The position numbers were made by a program, and so were the translations under genes. From Actinomycetota bacterium (lineage in GTDB: Bacteria; Actinomycetota; Actinomycetes; Actinomycetales; Microbacteriaceae), in the NCBI GenBank assembly GCA_039805505.1, contig JBDLUE010000001.1, forward strand, positions 1 to 63,845: a stretch of DNA of 63,845 bases. The letters run 5' to 3'. Position 1 is the first letter of the stretch; every line of letters starts with the position of its first letter. Positions 18,390 to 28,199 of this stretch are shown here, in pieces. The notes under the pieces were generated by a model. The model searched no databases and had not been told where the DNA came from. It saw only the letters and a program-made list of their open reading frames with translations.

Positions 18390-20807
18390 ATGAAAAACGA
18401 TTTCCCAGAAGAGCACCGCATTATCGACATTGAGTTGTCGAAGGAAATGCAGGAGTCGTTTCTCGAATACTCGTATTCTGTCATCTACGCGCGAGCCCTT
18501 CCGGATGCCAGGGACGGCTTGAAGCCGGTTCACCGTCGAATCGTCTACCAGATGGGCGAAATGGGCCTGCGCCCCGAGCGCGGCCACGTCAAGTCAGCCC
18601 GCGTGACCGGCGAGGTCATGGGAAAATTGCATCCACACGGTGATCAGGCCATCTATGACGCTCTAGTTCGAATGGCACAGCCATTCAGCCTCCGCGTTCC
18701 ATTGATCGACGGCCACGGTAACTTTGGAAGCCTAGACGATGGTCCGGCCGCGGCTCGTTATACCGAGGCCAAGCTGTCCCAAGCAGCAATGCTTATGAAC
18801 GATGGGCTCGATGAAGACGTCGTAGATTTCAAACCGAACTATGACGCCCAGCTCTCGGAGCCTGAGGTCCTACCCGCAGCCTTTCCGAACCTCTTAGTAA
18901 ATGGTGCTTCTGGTATTGCCGTGGGCATGGCCACAAACATGCCGCCTCACAACCTGCGAGAGGTGATTTCCGGGGCTAGGTACCTCCTCGAGAATCCACA
19001 GGCAAACACCGAAGATTTGATGAAATACATCCCTGGTCCTGACCTGCCCAACGGTGGCATCATCATGGGCTTGGATGGTGTGCGCGACGCATACGAGACT
19101 GGCCGAGGCGTTTTCAAGACTCGAGCACGCGTTTCCGTAGAGAGTGTTTCGCCGAGGAAGCTCGGCCTGGTTGTTACCGAACTCCCCTACCTTGTCGGTC
19201 CCGAAAAAGTGATTGAAAAAATCAAGGATGGTGTCAACAACAAGAAGCTTCAGGGCATCAGCGACGTTACTGACTTGACTGACAGAACCAACGGCCTAAA
19301 GCTCGTCATCGAACTAAAAACGGGTTTTGATCCGCAGGTAGTTCTGGATCTTCTTTACCGCTTCACACCGATGGAAGATTCCTTCGGCATCAATAACGTT
19401 GCCCTGGTAGACGGGCGCCCACTCACTTTAGGTCTTCGCGACCTACTCGGCGTTTATCTTGCACACCGAATCACCGTGACACGTCGCCGCACAAATACTC
19501 GTTTGGGCAAGCGCAAGGCAAGACTGCACCTCGTTGAGGGCTTGCTAATCGCTATCGTCTCGATTGATGAAATTATTCAAATCATTCGCAGCAGTGAAGA
19601 AGTCGATGATGCACGCCGAAGACTTCGCGAAGTCTTCGATCTGAGTGAACTCCAGGCGGAGTACATCCTAGAACTGCGCCTGCGTAGATTGACTAAGTTC
19701 TCAAAACTTGAACTTGAGACCGAGCACGCAACGCTTGTCGCCGAAATCGCCGAACTCGAGCGAATCTTGGCAAGCGAGTCAAACTTGCGGGCTGTTGTGA
19801 GCGCCGAGTTGGCTGAGGTTGCCGATAAGTACGGTGACGATCGCCGTACCACTCTCATTTCAGAGGTCGAGGAGGTCAAGCCAATCTCGATGGCTAAGGC
19901 CGCCTCGGTCAATGCCGAGCTCGCTGACACCCCGTGCATAGTTGTCCTCACTGCCAGCGGCCTTTTGACCAGAATCAACGGCGACAACGACGTGAAATCG
20001 CCAATCAAGCGCCAGAAGCACGATGCGCTGGCAACCACGGTCAAGACCTCAACTCGCCAGGACATCGGTTTCGTGACGTCACTCGGAAAGATTCATCGAA
20101 TCCACGCAGCGGACGTGCCGACTTTTGGTGACTCATACGAGCCTGGCCAGGGCGTTGCGGCTCAAGAGTTCCTAGGTCTGCCGAAAGACGAGTCAATTCT
20201 GATGGTGTTCGAGTTGAACGAAAGCGCCGAGCTTGCAGTAGGAACCGAGCAGGGCGTCGTCAAGCGCGTGGTGGCAGACTATCCAGCCAAGGATGAGTTC
20301 GAGATCATCTCGCTCAAGGATGGTGATCGCGTGATTGGTGCGGGTCTTGCAACCGATTCCTCCACACTTGTCTTTGTTGCCAGCGATGCACAACTTCTTC
20401 ATTACGCCGCTGCTTCGGTTAGACCTCAGGGTCGACCAGCCGGAGGCGTCGCGGGTATCAATCTGAGTGACGGTGCGAAGGCAGTTCACTTCAGCGCGAT
20501 CACAGATGCCGCAACTGCCGTTGTTGTAACCGCTGCAAATAGCTCCTTGTCTCTTGCAGGCACAGACGCTGGTTCTCTAAAGGTGTCCGACCTCACTGAG
20601 TTCCCAGGTAAGGGTCGTGCTACCGGCGGCGTGCGCTCTCAAAGATTTGTTCGTGGCGAAGACCAGCTCTACTTTGCGTGGGTAGGCAATGAGCCAGTTC
20701 GGGCCTTGACGGCCGACGGAAATCCAATCGAGCTTCGTGGCGAGAAGGCCAAGCGAGACGCCTCAGGCACCACTCAGGCAGCCGTAATCGGTTCAGTAGG
20801 AAACTAG
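18390..20807 (+). CDS. parC: DNA topoisomerase IV subunit A (GyrA/ParC family)
   Basis: [21 protein letters not shown], catalytic AAARYTE and [12 protein letters not shown]. No canonical QRRGGKG GyrA box, and not in an oriC gyrBA context. Confidence 0.88.
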   Translation: MKNDFPEEHRIIDIELSKEMQESFLEYSYSVIYARALPDARDGLKPVHRRIVYQMGEMGLRPERGHVKSARVTGEVMGKLHPHGDQAIYDALVRMAQPFSLRVPLIDGHGNFGSLDDGPAAARYTEAKLSQAAMLMNDGLDEDVVDFKPNYDAQLSEPEVLPAAFPNLLVNGASGIAVGMATNMPPHNLREVISGARYLLENPQANTEDLMKYIPGPDLPNGGIIMGLDGVRDAYETGRGVFKTRARVSVESVSPRKLGLVVTELPYLVGPEKVIEKIKDGVNNKKLQGISDVTDLTDRTNGLKLVIELKTGFDPQVVLDLLYRFTPMEDSFGINNVALVDGRPLTLGLRDLLGVYLAHRITVTRRRTNTRLGKRKARLHLVEGLLIAIVSIDEIIQIIRSSEEVDDARRRLREVFDLSELQAEYILELRLRRLTKFSKLELETEHATLVAEIAELERILASESNLRAVVSAELAEVADKYGDDRRTTLISEVEEVKPISMAKAASVNAELADTPCIVVLTASGLLTRINGDNDVKSPIKRQKHDALATTVKTSTRQDIGFVTSLGKIHRIHAADVPTFGDSYEPGQGVAAQEFLGLPKDESILMVFELNESAELAVGTEQGVVKRVVADYPAKDEFEIISLKDGDRVIGAGLATDSSTLVFVASDAQLLHYAAASVRPQGRPAGGVAGINLSDGAKAVHFSAITDAATAVVVTAANSSLSLAGTDAGSLKVSDLTEFPGKGRATGGVRSQRFVRGEDQLYFAWVGNEPVRALTADGNPIELRGEKAKRDASGTTQAAVIGSVGN

Positions 20808-20834
20808 TCCGAGAGTCTGAAAAGGCTCCTGCGA

Positions 20835-22916
20835 TTAGGCGTCGATGCGATCGCGTTCGAAATCGTCAGCTGAGTCAATGATGAAGTCTCGTCGAGGAGC
20901 AACGTCATTACCCATGAGCAGTTCAAACACTTGTTCGGCGGCTACAGCGTCTTCGACACGGACTCTTCGAAGAGCGCGGTGGCTCCGGTCCATAGTGGTT
21001 TCAGCGAGCTGGTCGGCATCCATTTCACCTAGTCCCTTGTAACGCTGAATTGGCTCTTTGTAGCGCTTTCCCTGCGTCTCGAGCTTGGCGAGCAGCGCTT
21101 CTAGCTCTTGCTGGGAATAGGTGTAAACCACTTCGTTGGCCTTCGACCCTGCATTGACGATTTCAACTCGGTGAAGTGGCGGAACTGCAGCAAAGACTCG
21201 ACCGGCCTCAACCAGAGGCCTCATGTAGCGGAAGAACAGAGTCAGCAGTAGCGTTCGAATATGCGCGCCGTCAACATCAGCGTCACTCATCAGGATGACT
21301 TTGCCGTATCTAGCGGAGTTCAAATCGAAACTACGCCCCGATCCTGCTCCGATCACCTGAATGATGGATGCACACTCGGTGTTCGAAAGCATATCGGAAA
21401 CCGAGGCTTTCTGAACGTTCAGGATTTTTCCGCGAATTGGAAGAAGAGCCTGGAAGTCGCTGCTTCGGGCGAGCTTCGCTGTGCCAAGAGCAGAGTCACC
21501 CTCGACGATGAACAGCTCTGAGTCCATGGTGTCCTGAGTCCTGCAGTCAACCAGTTTTGTTGGCAGTGATGAACTCTCGAGTGCGTTCTTGCGACGCTGG
21601 GTCTCTTTGTGAGTTCGTGCTGAAATTCGAGACTTCATCTCGGCCACGATCTTCTCGAGGAGCAGTGCCGTTTGCGCTTTATCGTCGCGCTTTACACTGT
21701 TGAAGCGCTCGTTGATCGCCTTTGTAATGACGCTTGAGACGATGTTTTTGACAGCAGGGGTTCCTAGAACTTCCTTAGTTTGACCTTCGAACTGAGGTTC
21801 TGCCAGGCGAACGGTCACGACAGCAGTGAGGCCGGCCATCACGTCTTCTTTTTCGATCTTGTCGTTGCCGACTTTGAGCTTTCGCGCGTTACTTTCAATT
21901 TGGCCGCGCATCGCCTTTAGCAAAGCCTGCTCGAAGCCCGCGACGTGCGTGCCACCCTTCGGTGTGGAAATGATGTTCACATATGACTTGAGCTCTGTGT
22001 CATATCCCGTGCCCCAGCGAACCGCTACTTCGACAGCACATTCGCGCTCGACGTCGCGAGAAACCATGTTTCCTGATTCATCTAGCACTGGGATAGTTTC
22101 GGTGAACTTGCCGTCACCCGAAAGACGCCAGGTTGCGGTGAGTGGCGCATCTTTGGCTAGAAAGTCAGCATATTCGACAATTCCACCTTGATAGCGGAAC
22201 TCCTGATGCGAACTCTCGATGCCGCGATTGTCTGTAATCCCAATGCCGAGACCAGGAACAAGGAAAGCGGTTTGACGAGCGCGTCCAACCAATTCATCCG
22301 TGGAGAAGTGAGCGTCCTTAATGAAGATCTGCGGGTCGACCCAGTATCTAACACGCGTGCCGGAAACACCCTTCGCAACCTTGCCGACTTCGCGGAGGAT
22401 TGACCCATCTTCAAATGGTTTGAAGGCGTTTGTTGGTGCGATGCCAGACTTGTCCTCAAAGACACCCGGCTCACCGCGTCGGAACGACATTGCGTAAGTC
22501 TTGCCTTCGCGATCGACTTCTACGTCCAATCGCTCCGATAGGGCGTTTACGACGGACGCGCCAACGCCGTGTAGACCACCGGATGCGGCGTAAGAACCAG
22601 AACCAAACTTGCCGCCGGCGTGCAGTTTCGTGAAAACAACCTCTACGCCCGAGAGACCCGTCTTGGGCTCAATGTCAACCGGAATACCTCGTGCCTTATC
22701 GCGGACTTCAACGGAATTATCCTTGTGAAGAATCACTTCAATCTGGTCACCGTGGCCGGCAAGGGCCTCATCTACTGAGTTGTCGATGATCTCCCAGAGA
22801 CAGTGCATGAGCCCGCGGGAGTCGGTTGAACCGATGTACATTCCCGGGCGCTTGCGGACAGCCTCAAGGCCTTCTAAAACAGAAAGATGGCGGGCTGAAT
22901 AGTCTGAATTGGGCAC
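20835..22916 (-). CDS. parE: DNA topoisomerase IV subunit B (GyrB/ParE family)
   Basis: LEAVRKRPGMYIGS, EIIDNSVDE, LHAGGKF, GGLHGVGASVVNALS, VEGDSA, PIRGKILN, DADVDGAHI and RYKGLGEM. Confidence 0.88.
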   Translation of the reverse strand: MPNSDYSARHLSVLEGLEAVRKRPGMYIGSTDSRGLMHCLWEIIDNSVDEALAGHGDQIEVILHKDNSVEVRDKARGIPVDIEPKTGLSGVEVVFTKLHAGGKFGSGSYAASGGLHGVGASVVNALSERLDVEVDREGKTYAMSFRRGEPGVFEDKSGIAPTNAFKPFEDGSILREVGKVAKGVSGTRVRYWVDPQIFIKDAHFSTDELVGRARQTAFLVPGLGIGITDNRGIESSHQEFRYQGGIVEYADFLAKDAPLTATWRLSGDGKFTETIPVLDESGNMVSRDVERECAVEVAVRWGTGYDTELKSYVNIISTPKGGTHVAGFEQALLKAMRGQIESNARKLKVGNDKIEKEDVMAGLTAVVTVRLAEPQFEGQTKEVLGTPAVKNIVSSVITKAINERFNSVKRDDKAQTALLLEKIVAEMKSRISARTHKETQRRKNALESSSLPTKLVDCRTQDTMDSELFIVEGDSALGTAKLARSSDFQALLPIRGKILNVQKASVSDMLSNTECASIIQVIGAGSGRSFDLNSARYGKVILMSDADVDGAHIRTLLLTLFFRYMRPLVEAGRVFAAVPPLHRVEIVNAGSKANEVVYTYSQQELEALLAKLETQGKRYKEPIQRYKGLGEMDADQLAETTMDRSHRALRRVRVEDAVAAEQVFELLMGNDVAPRRDFIIDSADDFERDRIDA

Positions 22917-23068
22917 CTCAAAATCGTAACCTCCACACCGCTAATTGCTTGGTGTGACACGGTTTGAGCGGAATAGCCCCGACCAGACTTCGCAGTTAGC
23001 GAAATGAAGGGCTAAATCGGCACTTCCATCGGATTGGTGTGGTCATATGGTTTTGGAAGGGATACACA

Positions 23069-23296
23069 TTGAGCCAAGAAATCATCGCAGAGGCAACTAC
23101 CGACGCGCAGGAATCGAGCGAGAATCTAACTGCTTTAGACCGCTGCGACGTGTGCGGCGCTCAGGCCTACATTCGTGTTGAACTTGCCAGCGGTGATCTA
23201 ATCTTCTGCTCGCACCACGGCAACGAGAACAAGGCCCAGCTGGAGCCAGTCGCTCTTTCCTGGCACGACGAGAGCTCGAAGCTACTCGCTCGCTAG
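23069..23296 (+). CDS. Small conserved actinobacterial zinc-ribbon-like protein (DUF7455-like)
   Basis: LTALDRCDVCGAQAY...LIFCSHH (CxxC...CxHH). TTG 23069 after SD GGAAGGG. Confidence 0.75.
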   Translation: MSQEIIAEATTDAQESSENLTALDRCDVCGAQAYIRVELASGDLIFCSHHGNENKAQLEPVALSWHDESSKLLAR

Positions 23297-23908
23297 TTCG
23301 CCTTCCAACTTCCAAACTTCATCGACGAGGCCGGCCGCTAGGTCGGCCTTTTCGCTTGTCTGGACATCCTTTAGCTCCACGCCAGCATGCATCGAGATGC
23401 TCTGAAGCAATTCGAGAAGCAGGACAGGGTTTTTTGCTAGGACTGGTCCATGCAACATTGTGCAGACGAACTGTCCTTCGCGGTGGAGTGGCGGAAGATC
23501 GACATCCGTGTTGAGGTACCCCAGCACTTCTTGGTTACCATCCGTGTGGACGACGAACTTCGACACTCTCTCCGGGATGGATTTACACTCGAGGCCAGCG
23601 ACGACAGCAAGACGCACAAGCTCTTCGAAGCCGGTCGAAACGCACAACCCGGGAGTTCCAGACTCCAGGAGTCTGCGCAACCCGCCTTCGAGTGAGTTCA
23701 GGCGGTCTCTGATTGAATCCCACGCGGCACTCGATCCGTGCCCAACTAGCAGAAAATCGAGCCCTTCAGACAGGTGCTGCTCATTCTCGACACGAAAAAC
23801 TTCGCATGCCATTCCACGCCACTCGAACTGTCTTGCTAAGACCTCGATGTTCCCGGAGTCACCGTTGAGGTTGAGGTGGTCTGGGAACAGAACTCCGAGA
23901 CGAATCAT
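23282..23908 (-). CDS. gatD: GatD/CobQ-like class I glutamine amidotransferase subunit with the nucleophile Cys replaced by Ser
   Basis: LFPDHLNLNGDSGN, GTPGLCVSTGFEEL and TMLHGPVLAKNP; start overlaps the murT stop. Confidence 0.8.
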   Translation of the reverse strand: MIRLGVLFPDHLNLNGDSGNIEVLARQFEWRGMACEVFRVENEQHLSEGLDFLLVGHGSSAAWDSIRDRLNSLEGGLRRLLESGTPGLCVSTGFEELVRLAVVAGLECKSIPERVSKFVVHTDGNQEVLGYLNTDVDLPPLHREGQFVCTMLHGPVLAKNPVLLLELLQSISMHAGVELKDVQTSEKADLAAGLVDEVWKLEGELASE

Positions 23909-25176
23909 CTCTCTACCGCCTCTGGGTCGGTGAATCCTAGAATCCTTCGGGTCCGTCTCATTGCATCGGCAGAGAAGATAACCGTCTTTACTCCCCTACT
24001 AGGAACCGGCAAGGCGAAGAATCTCTCTAAGGCAGTTTCTAAATCACCCTCGATTTCAGCAATCGGAATACCTGCGTAGGTTAGGCGAAGAGCAATCTCA
24101 GCGAAGTTGAAACCGCTCACCATGTCTACGTGCTTCAGGTTAGACATGTCGACGGTCCATAGCCACGAAGGGTCGTGCACGTCAGTGCCAATCGCCACCA
24201 TGATTTGTTCCGGGTCAGTCGATAGGTTGTCCAGATTCAACTGGAAGCTCATTGGGTTCTGCACCAAGATGAACTCGACATCTTCCTCGCCCACGCGCGC
24301 TATTTCGCCTCTTGCAAACACTGGAGGCAAATCGCTCAATACCGACGCAGCAAGGTCAAGATTGAATGCCTCGGCAAGGTAAGTCCTAGCGCTTATAAGC
24401 GCCGCTACGGAATCCAACGCGTAATGCAACCCTCTATTTGGCAGGGTGAATTGCGATTCAAGCCCTTTAACCACAACCTTGGCCGAGGTTCCAGAGACAT
24501 CTAGTATTTCTGCCGCCACTGATGGACGGTCTAACTCAGGCAGGTATGTTGGAGCCGCCCCTAGTGCATGTTTGCTGGCATTTATGAGCTCTTGAGTTAT
24601 GCCGAACCAAGATACGTTCGCGTTGTTGGGCAAACCAGCGCCGATCAATATTGTGTTCTGGTCGTCCGCGTTAAGGAGGACTGGACCATTGGTTCGCTTT
24701 GCGACTAGCCCGAGCTTGTCACGCACGATGGATGGATCCACGAATCGGTCGAGTTGGTCTTCAAGCACGTTCAAGATAGTCGACTGTCGAGGTGACACTC
24801 TTTTGGTTATTTCGGCAGCATGCCCCTCATCCATCTCAAGGATGGCTACGTCGCCCGCAATCTTCCCTAAGAGATTTGAGCGCTCAATGATTGCTGAGAA
24901 GAACCCCTGGCTGATGTTTGCAGTCGAGGGGTTGGTGAACACGGATTTACCGTGTGCGCGTGCGATTGCCACGAGCATCTTCGTGGTTGTTGACTTGCCA
25001 GCGGATCCGGTTACAACGATAAGACCGTCTGAAAAAGAGTTCAGAGTTTTCGCAAGGAGTCCGGGTGCAATCTTGCTGAGGATTAGCCCTGGCAACGCAG
25101 AACCGCCACCTGGCCGAACCCTCCTGATGAGCGTGCGAGCTGCACGCCCTATCAGAATGGCTGGAAGGTAGAACAA
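23905..25176 (-). CDS. murT: MurT-like Mur ligase (Mur ligase central domain plus DUF1727), divergent
   Basis: GGGSALPG, P-loop VTGSAGKSTT, EMDE, DQLDRF, NADD, LVQNP and DPSWLW; contains no cysteines. Confidence 0.83.
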   Translation of the reverse strand: MFYLPAILIGRAARTLIRRVRPGGGSALPGLILSKIAPGLLAKTLNSFSDGLIVVTGSAGKSTTTKMLVAIARAHGKSVFTNPSTANISQGFFSAIIERSNLLGKIAGDVAILEMDEGHAAEITKRVSPRQSTILNVLEDQLDRFVDPSIVRDKLGLVAKRTNGPVLLNADDQNTILIGAGLPNNANVSWFGITQELINASKHALGAAPTYLPELDRPSVAAEILDVSGTSAKVVVKGLESQFTLPNRGLHYALDSVAALISARTYLAEAFNLDLAASVLSDLPPVFARGEIARVGEEDVEFILVQNPMSFQLNLDNLSTDPEQIMVAIGTDVHDPSWLWTVDMSNLKHVDMVSGFNFAEIALRLTYAGIPIAEIEGDLETALERFFALPVPSRGVKTVIFSADAMRRTRRILGFTDPEAVER

Positions 25177-25177
25177 C

Positions 25178-26785
25178 TTAGTTCTCTAGATAGTCACGAA
25201 GCATCTGTGAACGCGACGGGTGGCGCAGCTTCGACATAGTCTTCGACTCAATCTGTCGAATGCGTTCGCGAGTAACTCCGAACTCTTCACCGATCTGGTC
25301 AAGTGTCTTCTGCACGCCGTCACCCAGCCCAAATCGGCTGCGGATCACGCCGGCTTCGCGAGGGTGGAGAGAGTCGAGGATTCGCTCAAGTTCACGCTGC
25401 AACATTGTGAATCCAACCGCATCGGCCGGAACTACGGCCTCGGTGTCCTCAATCAAGTCACCGAACTCGCTGTCGCCATCTTCGCCGAGCGGAGTTGACA
25501 ATGAGATTGGTTCGCGGCCGTACTTTTGAACCTCGACGACCTTCTCAGGTGTCATGTCGAGTTCGCGAGCTAGCTCTTCCGGGGTCGGTTCACGGCCCAA
25601 GTCCTGCAGAAGCTGACGCTGAACTCGCGCGAGCTTGTTAATCACTTCAACCATGTGAACTGGAATACGGATGGTCCTCGCCTGGTCGGCCATTGCGCGA
25701 GTAATCGCTTGGCGAATCCACCAGGTTGCATAGGTTGAGAACTTGTATCCCTTTGTGTAGTCAAACTTCTCTACGGCACGGATGAGACCCAAGTTGCCTT
25801 CCTGGATGAGGTCAAGGAACTGCATTCCACGACCCGTGTAGCGCTTCGCTAATGAGACCACGAGACGAAGGTTTGCTTCGAGTAGGTGGCTCTTTGCGCG
25901 CTGCCCATCCTTGACGACCCATTTGAGGTCGCGTTCTGCTTCGCGAGAGAGCTTCTTCTCTGTCGCTAGTTTTTCCTCTGCGAAAAGACCCGCTTCGATA
26001 CGCTTCGCGAGTTCTACTTCGAGCTCTGCGTTTAGAAGCGCGACCTTACCGATCTGCTTTAGGTAGTCCTTTACGGGGTCAGCTGTCGCACCGGTGATTG
26101 TGGTGGTCTGAACCGGAATGTCGTCATCTTCGCGGTGCGACAGAACCAATGCACCCTCAGGAACAACAATCTTTTCTTTCTCGTCTTCGTCGTGATCGTC
26201 GTCGTGTTCGTCATCGACGACGGTTAGGTCGATAGCCGAAGCGGCTTCGGCGACAATTTCCTCGACGGAAACCAAGTCATCGGCGTCGATGTCATCCTCG
26301 TCGTCATCGCCAGCCTTTGGGGCCTTCTTCGCCTTAGCGGGCTTTGCCTTTGTGGCCACTGGCCCGGCGGTCTTAGTGCTCTTGGCTGGAGCTTTTGCAG
26401 CAGCTTTCGCTACCTTTGGCTCGGCCTCTGCGGCCACCGCAGCCTTCGCTTTGGCTACCTTCGTAGCAGGGGATTTCGCAGCAGGTGCCTTTACGGCTGG
26501 CTCCTTAGTCACAGGAGTCTTCTTAGCTGGGGCAGCGGCCGGCGCCTTTGCATCCGCGACTTTGGCTACGGGTGCCTTTTTGGCTGGAGCTGCCGCCTTT
26601 GGTGTGGTCTTCGATGGGGTTTTGGCTTTTTCGGTCACTTCAGCTTTTGGCTTAGTTGCCTTTGGTGTAGCAGGAATAATCGTTGCTTCTTTCTTAGTCG
26701 GTTCCCCCGAAGATTTGTTCTGCCCTGGGTGCAGGAGGTTAGAAAGGAAACCGCGCTTTTTTCCGTCTTCAGTGTTCTTAGCCAC
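25178..26785 (-). CDS. rpoD: Primary RNA polymerase sigma factor (SigA/RpoD/HrdB) with long Ala/Lys/Pro-rich and acidic N-terminus
   Basis: [57 protein letters not shown] and [13 protein letters not shown] start after SD GAGAGG. Confidence 0.96.
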   Translation of the reverse strand: MAKNTEDGKKRGFLSNLLHPGQNKSSGEPTKKEATIIPATPKATKPKAEVTEKAKTPSKTTPKAAAPAKKAPVAKVADAKAPAAAPAKKTPVTKEPAVKAPAAKSPATKVAKAKAAVAAEAEPKVAKAAAKAPAKSTKTAGPVATKAKPAKAKKAPKAGDDDEDDIDADDLVSVEEIVAEAASAIDLTVVDDEHDDDHDEDEKEKIVVPEGALVLSHREDDDIPVQTTTITGATADPVKDYLKQIGKVALLNAELEVELAKRIEAGLFAEEKLATEKKLSREAERDLKWVVKDGQRAKSHLLEANLRLVVSLAKRYTGRGMQFLDLIQEGNLGLIRAVEKFDYTKGYKFSTYATWWIRQAITRAMADQARTIRIPVHMVEVINKLARVQRQLLQDLGREPTPEELARELDMTPEKVVEVQKYGREPISLSTPLGEDGDSEFGDLIEDTEAVVPADAVGFTMLQRELERILDSLHPREAGVIRSRFGLGDGVQKTLDQIGEEFGVTRERIRQIESKTMSKLRHPSRSQMLRDYLEN

Positions 26786-26825
26786 ATCTACCTCTCAGAA
26801 TCAACGATCTGCTGATCCGGGCATT

Positions 26826-26883
26826 ACTAAGACCCATGTCAAATCCGCAACAGGTGCGGAGACTGGGTCTTGGTGCAATTATG
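26826..26883 (-). promoter_or_regulatory. Putative sigA -10 element and 5'-terminal leader hairpin
   Basis: Minus strand CATAAT (26883-26878), then 6 nt, then AAGACCCA-GTC-TCCGCA-CCTGT-TGCGGA-TTT-GAC-A-TGGGTCTT stem-loop. Confidence 0.5.
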
Positions 26884-26953
26884 CCATGGAATCTGTCACG
26901 TAAGGACCATTTCGATGGTGTTTGCCAAATGAAAAGCAGAAAACACGCGCCTT

Positions 26954-28198
26954 TTATTCCCTCCCCCGAAGAATCAGACGCCGTTCACGGAAAAACATCC
27001 AGATTCCGAAGCTCAGTACGACCAGCTGAATTGGAAAAGCCAACTTGAATGACTCCAAGGCGTAGAGCGAAGCTCCCCCGCTCAGTTCAAACCGTTGAAT
27101 TAGATCGAGGGCCACGCCGACCAGGAACATTGTGATGAAGGTTGCTACGAAACCGCCCGAGTTGATGATTCCATTCGAAGATCCAAGACGCGGCTGAGGG
27201 ATCGAAGTTCGCGAGTAATCAAAGGCCACCATGGATGCTGGGCCGCCGATGCCAATGGACAGGACGAGGAGAATAATCTGCCAGGTCGGGTTCACCCCAG
27301 GCGAGAGGATGATCAGAATCCAGGCCAAAGAAATGATCGAATAAACCGCTGTTACAAGTCGGTGCCGGCTGCCGGGATGTCTAACACATATGTGACTGAG
27401 GATAGGCCCAACGAAGAAACCAATGAAGACGAATGAACTCAGAAGTACGGATGCGAGTGGTCTGGAAAGCCCTTCTCCCTGAACAAGAAAGGTGTAGCCC
27501 CAGAGAAGTATGAACACGGAGCCGCTGGATTGCAGAGTGAAGTGCACCCAGAAGGCCTTGCGAGTGAATGGGTCGGCAAGGTTCTCACGGAACCGCCTAA
27601 ACACGCCCTCAAAGCCGTGGACTTGTTTCCTGAACCCCGGTTCATCACGCAAGAGGAGCAGACAGAGTGAGGAAGCTATGAGTGCAAGGCTCGCCGCGGC
27701 GCTAAAGGAAACGGACCATCCAGCTATTCCGAGTAGGTAGGCGAAGGGAATGGCCGAAACTATTTGTCCGAGCTGGCCAAGATTTGCAAACAATTGAGTC
27801 AACGTCGTCGCTCTCGGCCCTAGGACCCAGCCGTTGATTAGACGAATCATTGAGATAAAAACGAATGCGTCTCCAAAACCGACAATCATTCGACCAATAA
27901 CCGCTAAGGGAAGTTGCTCGGCAAGGGCTACAACGAGGTTTCCCAGACCGGTCATGAGGCTTCCGAAAATGATCAACCGCCGGGCTCCGAAGCGATCCAG
28001 GGCGATGCCAGCTGGAATCTGCATCAAAGCGTAGATAGCGAGTTGCCCGGCGGCAACAGATGAGAGTGCTGTTGCCCCTGTATCGAATCGCTCCGTTGCC
28101 GATAGCGCGGCGACGCCCATGGTACTGCGTTGGATGACGGAGACAAAATAGGCGAAGACGGCAGCACCGAGCACAACTACGGCACGACTTCGCCCCAA
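26954..28198 (-). CDS. MFS transporter
   Basis: About 12 hydrophobic segments; motif A-like GIALDRFGARR and GRMIVGFG. Confidence 0.88.
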   Translation of the reverse strand: MGRSRAVVVLGAAVFAYFVSVIQRSTMGVAALSATERFDTGATALSSVAAGQLAIYALMQIPAGIALDRFGARRLIIFGSLMTGLGNLVVALAEQLPLAVIGRMIVGFGDAFVFISMIRLINGWVLGPRATTLTQLFANLGQLGQIVSAIPFAYLLGIAGWSVSFSAAASLALIASSLCLLLLRDEPGFRKQVHGFEGVFRRFRENLADPFTRKAFWVHFTLQSSGSVFILLWGYTFLVQGEGLSRPLASVLLSSFVFIGFFVGPILSHICVRHPGSRHRLVTAVYSIISLAWILIILSPGVNPTWQIILLVLSIGIGGPASMVAFDYSRTSIPQPRLGSSNGIINSGGFVATFITMFLVGVALDLIQRFELSGGASLYALESFKLAFPIQLVVLSFGIWMFFRERRLILRGRE

Positions 28199-28199
28199 A

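Noticed and set aside
22917-23068. TGTGACAC in the parE upstream region as a possible CRP/GlxR site
   Set aside because: Only one half-site; the second half (TTGAG) does not match TCACA.
26289-26903. 204-aa hydrophobic Ala/Phe/Gly-rich ORF that looks like a membrane protein
   Set aside because: It is the antisense reading of the low-complexity Ala/Lys/Pro region of sigA (Lys codons read as Phe/Leu on the other strand).
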